DNA of 64,000 bases, taken from assembly GCA_964016885.1 (NCBI GenBank), contig OZ024743.1, positions 314,464,001-314,528,000 on the forward strand, given 5' to 3'. The translations under genes and the position numbers were made by a program. Position 1 is the stretch's first letter. The number at the start of each line of letters is the position of its first letter. The notes beneath the pieces were generated by a model that was given only the letters and a program-made list of their open reading frames with translations, was not told the origin of the DNA and ran no database searches. The stretch is from Eledone cirrhosa (Eukaryota). Shown here in pieces: positions 1 through 12,618 of the stretch.

Positions 1-470
1 GTGACTGCTGGACCCGGATGAAACGAAGACGAAGAATTTCCTTGCGTACAGTTTTGTACCACAGATGCGATCTCATTCTGCCTCGTTAATGTTCAATCGA
101 CACCAAAGTTCTACATTCGGGGCAATATAATTGAATCCAACCACCGACAACATAGTTGGATGACCGATAATCACACCAAACCGGAGTACTGTGATCCTTG
201 ATTTTGAGAATACAACCACTGACACGGTTACGAAAATCAGAAAACCATACTCCATAATAATGAACCAAGTGATTGATTTGTGCGATGCGACCAAAATAAC
301 ACCACACACATATTGAACTAGGAATATTGGATCCTCCGTCAATGTCTGGGTGAGCAAAAATAGATTTCTATCTGCATTGGAATTTACGAACTTGTGCATC
401 TGCTGTGGTGTCAAGAACAAACGCACATGACCGCACAGATGAACAATGGACTATGCCACGTGGGTTGAAC
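1..470 (-). other. Candidate host-gene exon (UTR or decayed membrane-protein coding), running off the window edge
   Basis: Non-repetitive, higher-GC block ending at a minus-strand acceptor (ccttcaattcacttgCAG|G, CAG at 473-471). Contains a hydrophobic 117-aa ORF (73-426) bounded by in-frame stops. No family recognised. Confidence 0.25.
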
Positions 471-1166
471 CTGCAAGTGAATTGAAGGATGTGTAACTCT
501 GATATACAGATTATTTATTATTAAGATGTATAAACTTGACATAACTATTATCATCTTATATTCTCTCAACTAATCAAATTTGATTATATTTCTCTATCCC
601 ATTTTCTCCCCCATATTTATAATATTTTTATTTGAAAAAATCGGTTTTTTTACATTGTGTTTTCCCTTTCTAATACTTGCTTATATTTCTTTATATATTC
701 TCTATATATTTTTTTATATATATATTTTTATATCTTTATTCTTATTTTCACTTTTATCCTCCTTTATATTTTACCTTATTCTTACTTTTATACATTATTA
801 TAGTGTAATCTTCCACATGCCTTATTATACATTATTAATTATAGATTATTAGTATTACTCTTTTTCCATTTCTAATTACCTCATGTACTTTCTCCTCCGT
901 TATATATATATTGTATGCCCTTTGTGTGTGTGTAGCCTCTGCACACCCTCTGCACCTACTATCAACGACACCCCATCTATGGCTCAACTGACCACTCGAC
1001 TCACGGGAATGAATATGACCACAGCTAATAAACAAGGACCCACACTCCACCCTCCCGCACCAAAATTAGACTTATCGTCCCCTACTTTTACTCCTTACTC
1101 TCTTTACTCTTTGTTCTTGAATGTTTGGTTGGTAGAGTCCATAACACCAATCAAACCCCTTTTATA

Positions 1167-1211
1167 GCTCTGACGAATCCTACGGTTACGTAAGGAAGAA
1201 ACATTGTAAGC
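1167..1211 (+). ncRNA. Type I hammerhead ribozyme in a PLE terminal-repeat fragment (about 900-1260)
   Basis: gct-CTGACGA-a-TCCTACG-gtta-CGTAAGGA-a-GAAA-CATTG-TA/-agc, followed by AATAAA and (TA)n. Confidence 0.7.
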
Positions 1212-1253
1212 CAATAAAAATCTTTTGATGTTGTAGACGCTCTTGTGTTCTTT

Positions 1254-1289
<36 letters not shown>

Positions 1290-1517
1290 AGAGAGAGAGA
1301 GAGGAAGAGAGGAAGAGAGGAAGAGAGAAAGACGAGAGGGAGGGATGTAAATCCTGACCACAGCTCAAAGCGGCTTCAGCTTATGTGTCCAGCAAGCCTT
1401 TCAAAGTTCTCTTTAAAAGAATTGCTGAAAAGACAAACCGAAAGATCTTACGCCGCGGTCTGGTATTACATATCTCTCTCACACTCCGCCGGTAAATCTC
1501 AACCCGTTTCGACGGCT

Positions 1518-1569
1518 AGCGTGCTGGACCCATAACGCAGAGGTCCGTAGATCAAAACTACCTATACTA
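1518..1569 (+). pseudogene. Initiator tRNA-Met (CAT) fragment, 3' two-thirds, degenerate
   Basis: agcgtgctggaccCATaacgcagaggtccgtagatcaaaactac closely resembles eukaryotic tRNAiMet (AGCGTGCTGGGCCCATAACCCAGAGGTC...GATCGAAAC). The 5' acceptor/D arm is missing. Confidence 0.7.
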
Positions 1570-1579
1570 ATCATGTTTG

Positions 1580-1736
<157 letters not shown>

Positions 1737-2126
1737 TACATATACATTATATGCTTGATGTAGAAAATATTCCATCAGCATTGCCCGTATGATGTTTTTC
1801 GCACCACCAAGACTTGGGCCCCTTACCATCCTCCCACAACAAAATTCAAACCTGCATGTCATAACAACTTTACGGCCCAATTATTTCACTTCAATTGATC
1901 CCGCACTCCTTAAAATTAAACCTCATGAGCTTAAAAAGTCTTATAAAAAATTCCTCAGGTATCCCAGATAAACCTCCTACAACGGAATATGGCTCCGTAA
2001 ACAATAACTCACTGATTGAGTGGGTCATGGTGTCCAACTCCTGATTTGAAAGACTTCGCCATGTGGTGCTATTAATTAGACATGGCCTGGGCCAGTACTG
2101 GCTGAAACCTATCAAAATTGTAAAGC

Positions 2127-2160
<34 letters not shown>

Positions 2161-2262
2161 AAATTGTGGCTGGTAATGGCACATGGAATATATAAGAGAC
2201 AGAATACTTTTTTGTGAAAAAATATATAATTTTATAAGGTAAGGAAATAATAAAGGCTGTAA

Positions 2263-2310
2263 AAAATGACCGGTTTCGATGGGTCTGCAAAAGCCATCTT
2301 TTCAAATGTT
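2263..2310 (-). ncRNA. Hammerhead-like motif, U3-A8 core variant (PLE repeat about 2160-2600)
   Basis: Minus strand: aacat-TTGAAAA-GATGG-loop-CCATC-GAAA-CCGG-TC/-atttt. Confidence 0.6.
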
Positions 2311-2619
2311 GATTAATATTAAGAAAAATTAATAATACGAAGAGTTAAAATTTGAGATTTGAAAATTCAAGTATAAAATTCATTGTGGGATTTCATAGTA
2401 GTTTTCATCTAGGTAGCAACAACAAGTTGACTGCTGTGTCCCTTTCTGGTAGTGAATGAGAAGTTATTTGGGGTCTGGGTTATTTTATAAAGGTCACATT
2501 TAGCAATGGCCAACTGGCCAGCTGCTGGTCAGTGAGGGGGTGGAAGCAATATACATACATATATCTTCCTGTGGTGGGTAGGAGAGTGGAGCGTGATAGA
2601 AAGGGATTTAGTGCACTTA

Positions 2620-2678
2620 CACCTATATATACACACATACCTTCATCCACACATACATACATATACATATACATCCAC

Positions 2679-2721
<43 letters not shown>

Positions 2722-2852
2722 CACACATACATACACACACACATACATATACATACACGCATACACACACACACACACACATATATACACATACACACAC
2801 ACACACACATATATATAGACATACACACACATATATATACACACACACAGAC

Positions 2853-2885
<33 letters not shown>

Positions 2886-2993
2886 CGCATACATCCAGAT
2901 ACACACATACATACACACACACAATATATTCCATGTGCCATTACCAACCTCAATTTTCTCTATAACCTTCGTTTTGTGTAGAAAATTACACTG

Positions 2994-3045
<52 letters not shown>

Positions 3046-3086
3046 GACACACATGTATATATGCATATATATATATATATATATAT
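2620..3086. repeat. Compound (TA)n/(CA)n microsatellite
   Basis: Direct inspection; source of the YIYI/HTHT ORFs. Confidence 0.95.
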
Positions 3087-3410
3087 TATAACTGAACATA
3101 AAAGAAAACCGAGCACAGGCATATACATATATGTGTTCAAATCGTAAGGGACCAGATTTGCTAAGGTGAAAAGAATACTGACTATAGACAATAGGGTTTG
3201 CCAGACTCAATTTAAAGCTGTCCGGGTGATTGGTATTTACCACAATTCCGGTTTTTATTAACTTTCTTGATTTATTCTTAAATTGAGTCTCGCAAACCCT
3301 ATTGTCTATAGTTAGTATTCTTTTCACCTTAGCGAATCTGGTCCCTTACGATTTGAACACATATATGTATATATCTGTGTTCGTTCTTCATTTATGTTCA
3401 GTTATAATAT
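3083..3410. repeat. Fold-back repeat (about 133-bp inverted arms) of a short interspersed, probably PLE-derived family
   Basis: 3083-3215 is the reverse complement of 3278-3410 with few mismatches. Further copies at about 5277-5475 and 39590-39710. Confidence 0.85.
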
Positions 3411-3498
3411 ACGGCTCGGAATATTCTCTTTCCTAGAAAAATCTCTTTCCTAGAGCTAATGTATTGTAAACCTATCAAAATTGTCAAAGTTATATATA

Positions 3499-3537
<39 letters not shown>

Positions 3538-3539
<2 letters not shown>

Positions 3540-4410
3540 GAATTTCTTTGAAAAGAGTATGTCTTGCTAATAAGTGTTTTTATGGAGGTACCTGGTCTTT
3601 CTACTATATTAATTTTGAGTTTATGTTTATCTAGGGCCCTTCAAAATTTGTAAGCTAATTCACCTCTAGGGGTTGTATCGATGAACATTACTCTCTGGTA
3701 TTTATTGCTATCATACCATGAGTTTATTCTATTAGCCTTATTCCTAGTTCTTTCTATTCTATTCCAAAATTTGCTCCTATACAAGGGGCAGGTCCCATTT
3801 GCGTCATTATTTACCATTTTTTCCCATTTGGTTCTGGCTCCTCTATACACTCTAATTTTATCTCTCTGATTGTAACCAGAGAACTGCATACGGTGGATGA
3901 AGTGTTGTATGTGTCTCTCTAGGTCTTCGGGGTTGCACAAGCGGGACACATTTCTCATCACCCGTACCAAATCCGCAATCAGTATATTGATTTTGGTATG
4001 GTCCGAAACGGCCGAGTTTCGGTGGATCAGATGTTTGGAAGTCATGGGTTTGGCATAATGGGAATGGAGGATTTGTTTTTTGTTGTTAATGGTGTCTAAC
4101 CAGAGCTCTGTGTCTAGTACAGGTAATCGATGGTTGGGGTGTTTACTTGGGTAGTCTATAGTAACTCTAATACTCTGGTGGGTGGAGTTAGCTATTTGCT
4201 GGATGCTTTCCATTGTGTTTTTCTCTAATTCCTGACTGTTCTCTAGTGGGGGTGTTTTAACTACGATGTTTATATCAGCAACGTAGCGGGAGTACATTAT
4301 CAGGTTTAAGGGGTCTTCTAATTGTTCTTTTAGTTTAAGTTTAAGTCTACTGTCCCACCATACCATGAATAGGTTAGCTATGTCGCCTGCAATGCTAACA
4401 CCAATGCTAA
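3538..4410 (-). mobile_element. Penelope-like element RT/thumb fragment (decayed)
   Basis: ORF 3641-4471: GVSIAGDIANLFM, YSRYVADI (mutated YVDD), DYPSKHPNHRLPVLD, HYAKPM...S, RMQFSGY. Confidence 0.85.
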
Positions 4411-4985
4411 CAATAGAATCTACACACAGAAAAGACGCAATGTTTAGACAAATCACAGAGGCAATAAACATAAATGAACTCTAACCAAAATTAAATAGAA
4501 AACATGAGTGGAACAGCAACATCACAACTTACAATTAAGGACAAAATGAAAACACACACGCACATAGAACAAACAACCAACCAGTAACATGTAAATAAAC
4601 ATGTAAAGAATATAAACACACACAGACACGCGGATGTAACACATGCGCAAACTAAGCACACAACACACACACAAAATCAATATGGCGTAGAAAAGAACAA
4701 AAGAGAGGCAGAAAAAACAAAGAAAAGAATCCCCAGTCACTGAAGAGGTCACAGAATGTGTGACGAAAGAACTTTGATAATATATAAACAACCATCTGGT
4801 TGTGGAACCAACCAACCAACCGGAAATTTATAAATTCCTAAATTTATAAATTTATTATAATAAATTGAAGTGAAAGTAACTGGTGCGTGTGTTTCTTATT
4901 GGCAACATGACCCCCGCAAAGTATAACCATATCGGTTTCAACACACGTTTTCAGATAAAGAATCTTGCTAAACAAATTCAGGAAC
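4410..4985 (+). mobile_element. PLE pseudo-LTR (inverted relative to the adjacent ORF) with hammerhead at 4736-4778
   Basis: gtca-CTGAAGA-g-GTCACA-gaatg-TGTGAC-GAAA-GAAC-TT/-tgat. Homologous copies at about 15170-15236, 35400-35620 and 62240-62600. Confidence 0.75.
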
Positions 4986-5178
4986 GAAATATATATATAT
5001 AATTATATGAATATGTATATATATTTATATTTGAATATATATATACTCTTTTACTCTTTCACCTGTTCCAGCCATCCGGCTGAGGCCATCCTGGGGCACC
5101 GCCCTTGTAGCTATACAATGCATCTCCAGCATGTACCATTTGTATTGTTATTTCTGTTTACCTTTCTGTTTACCTTTT

Positions 5179-5218
<40 letters not shown>

Positions 5219-5472
5219 TGGAAAATATGTGAGATCCTTGGTACAGTTAGGTATATTTGAAAATATTTGAAACTAGTGTCTATAGCTAGTATTCTTTTCA
5301 CCTTAGCGAATCTGGTCCCTTACGATTTGAACACATATATGTATATGTCTGTGTTCGTTTTTCTTTTATGTTCAATTATAATATACGGCTCGGAAAAATC
5401 TCTTTCCTAGAAAAATCTCTTTCCTAGAGCTAATGTATTGTAAACCTTTCAAAATTGTCAAAGCTATATATA

Positions 5473-5541
<69 letters not shown>

Positions 5542-5559
5542 GTATATACAAAGTATATG

Positions 5560-6238
5560 TCAGACGAAGAGCGTCTAGCTATGTATCTAGGTAAGGACCT
5601 TGACGCCACCAATACATCCACCACGTGCCCACAAACGCCGCTACCATAGACAACGGCACCAATACCACACGCCCACACACACTCCAATCCGTCCACTGAC
5701 AATCCACTAACCTCATACCACAGCCCATCCCACTAAGCAACCATAACCACCACCTTATCATCACATCCACCCCCACATACTCTACACGCCAAGGCCAACC
5801 AACCACCACCACCTCACAGCCCATCTCATCCACAGACCGTCACCAACATCTCACCATCACACCCACCCCTTATACACTAGAGCCAAGTACCTAGCCTTGA
5901 TCCTTCCCACCAATCAAAACAACTCATTTTGTCAAACTCTTGAATCTCTGACTTTACCACATAGCATGTAATTCATTTTCTTATAGCATTTTAAGAGGGT
6001 CCGTCGAGCTGCGGATTTTTGAGTCGGGAAGGATCGATATAGATCGAACTTGAGCTGATCAGTCGCGAAACGCGCGTCACCTATTAATAAATGCAATGAA
6101 GGAATAATCAATCGTCCTTTTTATCCTTTCTATATATTACACTCTGTATAGCTCTACACCTCATCACAGAAGTGAACCTAAACATCGAGTGCTCTCCCGG
6201 GTGAACCTGCAGTAACTCCTAGTTACACCCCCTGGATA
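5560..6238 (+). mobile_element. PLE 3' terminal fragment with variant hammerhead (5997-6082)
   Basis: Flanked by TA tracts; gggt-CCGTCGA-GC..59 nt..GC-GAAA-CGCGCG-TC/-acct then AATAAA. Inverted copy at about 30828-31090. Confidence 0.65.
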
Positions 6239-6282
<44 letters not shown>

Positions 6283-6307
6283 CACATATAGACACACATG
6301 TATAAGA

Positions 6308-6417
6308 AAAAGAATGAGTTCACTTGTAGTGTTAAAAAATGTTATGATTTAATGTTATAATATTATGAGTTCACTCATAATATATTTTTTAACACTACAA
6401 GTGAAGTCATTCTTTTC
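6308..6417. repeat. Small palindromic (MITE-like) hairpin
   Basis: aaaagaatgagttcacttgtagtgttaaaaaat ... attttttaacactacaagtgaagtcattctttt inverted arms. Confidence 0.7.
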
Positions 6418-6644
6418 ATTTTTTTCAAATATATATATATATATACTCTCTGACCCGTGCGGCTGGCGTCGGTCTAGGTATACCTGCCTCCACCACTCCA
6501 CTGCAAAGATACTACACACCCTCTCATGTCACATTGTCCTTCCGACTCTCTCTCTCTCTCTCTCTTTCTCTCTCTGAATAACTAACACTTTAATTGTATC
6601 TCTCTCTGTCTAACGGTCCTATCTCTCTCTTTTCCCCTCCTCTG

Positions 6645-6751
<107 letters not shown>

Positions 6752-6834
6752 TATATATATATACATGTGTATATATTAAAGCGAGATACGGAAACTAAAA
6801 CAGTGTTGTCATATACATTATTATATTTCTCTGT

Positions 6835-7026
6835 GCGGTGGATTGGCACGATCGGTAGAAAGTCGGACGCCATGCTTTGCAACACAGTTACGTCCCTTTA
6901 CGGACTGAGTTCACATTCCGCCGAGGTTTACTTTTGCCTTTCTTCCTTACAGGGTCGATAGAATAAAGTACCAGTAATACACTGGAATAATTGCTGGCCT
7001 TGTGCCAAAAAGTAGAAACAATTATT
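6835..7026 (+). mobile_element. tRNA-derived SINE (Meta-domain-like core)
   Basis: A box TGGCacgATCGG, B box GAGTTCacATTC, core ttgcctttc.tccttac.gggtcgata..ataaagtaccag, ATT tail, imperfect TSD attattatattt(c/g)tctgt. Confidence 0.85.
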
Positions 7027-7329
7027 ATATTTGTCTGTATTTTCGTTCTGCAACCATTATAGTATGATATTTGTATCCAAATGATTTTAGATGTATGTAT
7101 TACCTTCTTGCCCGTCCCTCTGTTTCTCTTTCCCTGTCTCTATCTCTCTCCTCTCTCCCCCTCTCTCTCTTTAGATGCGTGTGTGTAGTTTTCCTAATCC
7201 GTCTCTTTCACTCTCTGTCTCTCTTGATGTATGTATTACCTGCTCGTGTGTTGACCGAATTTGAAGGAGGTTATCCTTTTGAAATAAACATACATACGAC
7301 GCTCATCTCTATGTTGATATATGATATAA

Positions 7330-7660
7330 ATAATGGGATTGATGAGTTAATATCTGTATACAATAACTACAACGGTACGCGATGTGGCCCACCCACAGCT
7401 CCGGCGGACAGAATGGAGAAGGCGTTTCCACGGAGGACGGCAAGGGAACGCGCTGGAAAACCACTCCAACTCGCGGGGCTGACACCTGTGGCTGGCCAGC
7501 TCAGCGCTTATGGTGGTGAGTAAGGAGGCCGCCCTGGGGCCGAGGACACCAGAAGTGTCCACTGCCAGGGGTACGACCGCAAACCTGTCGGAGAGCTACC
7601 GGTATTTGAGGAGTTTGGCCCCCTCAGCCCGACGTGCAGCAGAACATGGGTATATATTGA
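7330..7660 (+). repeat. GC-rich interspersed repeat (possibly a LINE 5' region); diverged copy at about 35700-35990
   Basis: Shared cggcggacagaat.g.gaagg.gttt.c...gagga and ctcag.gc.tat..tggt.a.ta blocks. Confidence 0.55.
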
Positions 7661-7886
7661 TATATTGAAGGTAGATACGGAAAGTAAAAGACTGTTGTCA
7701 TATAGAGAGTGAAGAGAGACAGAGAATAAAGCAGTTAAATTATAGAGAGGGTGAAAGAGAGATAGAGAGAGACGACGCTCAGGTTTATAATATTTGAGAG
7801 AGAAGAGCGACAGAGAGAGTAAAGCAGTTAAATTATAGCGAGGGGGAATGATCTTACATGCATACATACATACATATAAAGTATAG

Positions 7887-7952
<66 letters not shown>

Positions 7953-8105
7953 AAGAGCGACAGAGAAAGTAAAGCAGTTAAATTATAGAGAGGGGGAATG
8001 ATCTATTATAGAGAGAGGGAAGAGCGACGGAGAGAGTAAAGCTAAGAAACAATCGGGAGGTGCGTAGGATACATACATAATACATACACACGACACTCAG
8101 CTTTA

Positions 8106-8188
<83 letters not shown>

Positions 8189-8839
8189 AAATGTGTGTAA
8201 TCCTTGGTACAGTTAGGTATATTAAGACAGGGGGGAAGAAAAAATGGCTTCAATTGTGCTTTCAACAAATTTATTTTCTTCACAAAATCCAAAAATAATT
8301 TTTTTCGGATTAGGTAACATTTTTTTTTTTTTTTTTTTTCTCCTAAAAAAAATTATTTTATAAATTAAGTTGTTGGTTGTTGGTTAGGTCTTAGGAGTTC
8401 TTGGTTAACGTAGGAGGTATTGTTTCGTTTTTAGAACGACCTTTCACGCTGAGGTGCGCTTGTCAAATTGATGTGTATGTGGTGTGTTGTTTTATATATA
8501 GGGATTTAACATGTCTGTGGTGTGGTGGGGGTTTCTTTTCTCCCCCTTTAATAAGTGCATGGGTGTAGGTGTGTTGAAAAAGTGTTAATAGCAGTAATGA
8601 GTTGAGACGGTGAGTAGGGTTGGGTGGGGAGAAATGTAGCAAGTGCGGCTTGCCCCGGTCATTCTCGAAAAATTCCTTTATTCAGGGGAAAAAGCTTTTA
8701 GTATTCCTTTTGTGTCGAGAATGGTCACAGGCAAATCGCACCTGCCAAGTTTGTAAATAATTTTTTTTTTTTTTCTGAAGAATTTTTCTACGTCCATCCC
8801 AAAATTAGTCCTTTGTTCAACACACCATATGTGCGCATA

Positions 8840-9024
8840 TACGTACATACACACACGGGCATATGTAGGAATATATAGGCACACACCATCAATCACACAC
8901 CCATGCACAAATACATCCACATACATACACAAAAACATATAGAGACACATATAAAAACACATATACACATACGTACACACACGAATATGTACTCATACCT
9001 CCACATGGGTATATATATATATAC

Positions 9025-9067
<43 letters not shown>

Positions 9068-9344
9068 CATATACATATACACACATATACACATATGTAT
9101 ATTTATATATATATATAAAATATATACACATATATATATATATATATAATATATATATATATACATACACATACATATACATACATACACACACATACAT
9201 ACACACACATAAAGATACATAACTAAATATACATATATACACATACACGCACACATACACACACACACACATGTACACACGCACACATACATATGTCCGT
9301 ATGTATACCTCCGTTCACACATACATGCATACACACACACACAT

Positions 9345-9375
<31 letters not shown>

Positions 9376-9396
9376 CATACATAGAGAGAGGCATAC

Positions 9397-9433
<37 letters not shown>

Positions 9434-9530
9434 CATACATATATATATACATATATGTACACATAAACACATACAGACACATACACACATATGCATACAT
9501 ATACACATACATATATATCTATATATATAT

Positions 9531-9579
<49 letters not shown>

Positions 9580-9635
9580 CACATACACATACACATACAA
9601 GTACATCATACACACATACATATATACACATACAT

Positions 9636-9677
<42 letters not shown>

Positions 9678-10168
9678 ACATATATATATATATATATACA
9701 TACATATATATACACATACACACACATACATACACACATACACATATACATATATATATGTGTACACACGAGCACATAAAGACACATATATACAAACATA
9801 TATATATATATATACATATATATACATACATCTACATACATACATATACACATACAGAAACATACACATGTACACGCATATATACATATATGCACATATA
9901 TACACACACACACATATATATATATAGGTACATACATATACATACACACACATATAAACATATATATCTATCCATATATATATATACATATATACACAAA
10001 TATGTATACAAACATACACATACATACATATACATATACATATATATACACACATACACACATAGATATATATATACACACACACATGCAAACATACACA
10101 CATCCATACATATATATATATACACACACACACATACACACACCCACATACATATATACCCACACGTA
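8840..10168. repeat. 1.3-kb compound TA/CA microsatellite
   Basis: Direct inspection. Confidence 0.95.
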
Positions 10169-10475
10169 CATGGTGGCTGCCAACTCGTTTTCGAGTACGG
10201 CCACTACTTTATATCCATGTAGGAGAACCCCTACCGATGCGCTGAACGGTGTGACTTTTTAGTCGAGCCAGCGACTTGAAAACTCTGGTACAAACACTAC
10301 ACCTGTGACAATAATTGACACATAGTGCTGGGCCCATGGTACCATGTGACGACAAGTGCAGAGAGATCTCCAGATATAAAGCAATGCCTGTGCCATGAAG
10401 GTTTTATAGTGAGCAAAGGCACTGCACAAAGCCAGTCCCACTCTCTTAACCAAGATGATATTTACCAAAAAGAAC
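10168..10475 (-). repeat. Interspersed repeat, inverted copy of about 56865-57173 (possibly an RTE-type LINE 5' region)
   Basis: Near-identical sequence in opposite orientation; both copies give the ORF MLGPWYHVTTSA.RSP.IKQCLC.E. Confidence 0.75.
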
Positions 10476-10599
10476 ATCATTACGTACATCCATACATACC
10501 TACACACATATATGTGTGTGTCTCACCGTTCACTCAGATATACATGTGTATACATAAGAAGGGGGGGGGGGTAGTGAAATGGAATCTTACCTCCGAGTG

Positions 10600-11966
10600 T
10601 TAATTCATTTTTTCGTATTCAGTAGTGGTTTAAATTTTTCAATGAAGAATTCTTCTTTATATCTGCGGAAATGTTCGTTATCCGACCATATCTTGAAGAA
10701 AGGGAAGATTGTGAATTTTCCCTTCCCGTATGATGCAAAGTGTGCGCAACATGTGGTATTTCTGACTGTGGGGTCTTTAATCTGTTGTTTATGTACCCGG
10801 ACTCTATCATGTAATCCCGTCCGGTTTCCCCAATGTAATACTCTTTACACTGTGGACATGTTGCGCAATATATTAGGTCATTCGTTTTGCAGTTCATGTC
10901 AGCATTGACCTTGAAATTATCATGGTTTTTGAAGGATAACTGTTTGCCCTCTTCGATGAGTTCACAGGTTCCACATCTAGGGTCCCCGCATTTCGTCACT
11001 TGCATTGATTCCATGTTGGTCGTAAATTTTGCCTTGGTAATTAGTTTTTTAAGGTTGGGTGCTTGGCGTCTGCTATAAATTATCTGTGTGTTTTTTAAGA
11101 GTGTATTCATTTTGGTAGATTGCTGTAGAATCGGGAGATACTGCTTAGCAGTTTTCACAATGTTGATGTTCCCTGGGTTGTGAGTGATGACAAAAGAGAT
11201 AGGGATTTCTTTTTTATGTTGTGGGTTTGGTTTTCTCAGTGTTGTTATTGGGATGTTCTTATCCTTGGAGATGGCTGCGTTGATGAGTTTCATCGGGTAT
11301 TCTTGTTTTTTAAGGAATTTTTTCAGGTCACATAATCTTTTTTCTTGTAGTACGGGGTGTGTTGCTATAGTGCAGATGCGCCTTGCCATGTTGAAGGCAA
11401 TGTTCCTTTTCGTATGTGAGGGGTGTGCTGATCGGAAATTTAAGTATTGGTGTGTGTCAGTGGGTTTGCAAAATAGGTCCGTTATGATATTTTTCCCTTC
11501 TTTAATGATGAGGATATCTAGAAAGGGCAGTTCCTTTTCGTTACATTCTATAGTGAATTGAAGATGAAGTTCCAGAAGATGAAGCAGTCATCTAGGTAAC
11601 GTTTCCAGTTTTTATTAATGTAGAAGGCGAAGTCGTGACTGAATGTTATCTGTAGTTGGGAATATAATGTTGCCTCTAAGTGACCCATAACGAGCGTTGC
11701 ATATGTAGGGGCCACTTTGGTACCCATGGCTGTTCCTTTTATTTGTAGATAAAGTTCGTTGTCAAAGAGGAAGTGGTTGTTTTCCAATACTAATTTAAGT
11801 CCTTCCATGATGAATTCTTTGGGGAATCTTTCTGAAATGTGACTTGAGTGTTTTGTAATCCAGAAGTCCACAGCTTCAATCCCTAGGTCGTGTGGGATGT
11901 TAGTGTACAGGCTTATTACATCAAAACTGATTAGGATTGAATCCTGGTGTACTTTTGGGGGGATAT
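10600..11966 (-). pseudogene. PLE reverse transcriptase plus GIY-YIG endonuclease, frameshifted and 5'-truncated
   Basis: SFDVISLYTNIPH, GTAMGTKVAPTYA, WKRYLDD, LPFLDI, then CGDPRCGTC and LIYCATCPQCKEYYIGETG. Confidence 0.92.
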
Positions 11967-12430
11967 AGCTTTTTCCCCTGAATAAGGGGATTTTTCGAGA
12001 ATGACTGGGACAGGCAGCACTTGCTACATTTCTCCCCACCCAACCCTACTCACCGTCTCAACTCATTACCGCTATTAACACTTTTTCAACACACCTACAC
12101 CCATGCACTTATTAAAGGGGGAGAAAAGAAACCCCACCACAACACAGACATGTTAAATCCCTATATATAGAACAACACACCACATACACATCAGTTTGAC
12201 AAGCACACCTCAGCGTGAAAGGTCGTTCTAAAAACGAAACAATACCTCCTACGTTAACCAAGAACTCCTAAGACCTAACCAACAACCAACAACTTAATTT
12301 ATAAAATAATTTTTTTTAAGAGAAAAGAAAAAAAAAAATTCTTTCTAATCCGAAAAAAATTCTGTTTGGATTTTGTGAAGAAAATAAATTTGTTGAAAGC
12401 ACAAGTGAAGTCATTTTTTCTTCCCCCGTC

Positions 12431-12471
<41 letters not shown>

Positions 12472-12618
12472 ATAAGGGTTGACGGACCCAGCATATTTAT
12501 CAATGCCAGTACCGGTTGTATATCAGCGCACTTCATGGGCAATGTAAGAAACATTACCAGAGTATACACAAAGTTATTTGCTTCAACACGACACACGTAA
12601 AACGGGTGCTATAAGGTT

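Larger units (their letters stand above)
8216..12437 (-). mobile_element. Penelope-like element (Neptune-like) with about 475-bp inverted terminal repeats (8216-8697 / 11967-12437), interrupted by a microsatellite and another repeat
   Basis: The two termini are reverse complements of each other and enclose RT and GIY-YIG coding sequence. Confidence 0.8.

Noticed and set aside
1422-1455. CTGAAAA-G..C-GAAA-GATC-TT motif, and similar ones at about 47527-47555, 55362-55395 and 37930-37965
   Set aside because: Broken 3-8 pair, or missing helix I or GAAA; at best decayed hammerheads, so not counted.
2480-3327. Long [12 protein letters not shown] ORFs here and at 8.9-10.2, 29.7-30.9, 37.3-37.7, 55.6-57.7 and 58.8-59.3 kb
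   Set aside because: Translations of dinucleotide microsatellites, not genes.
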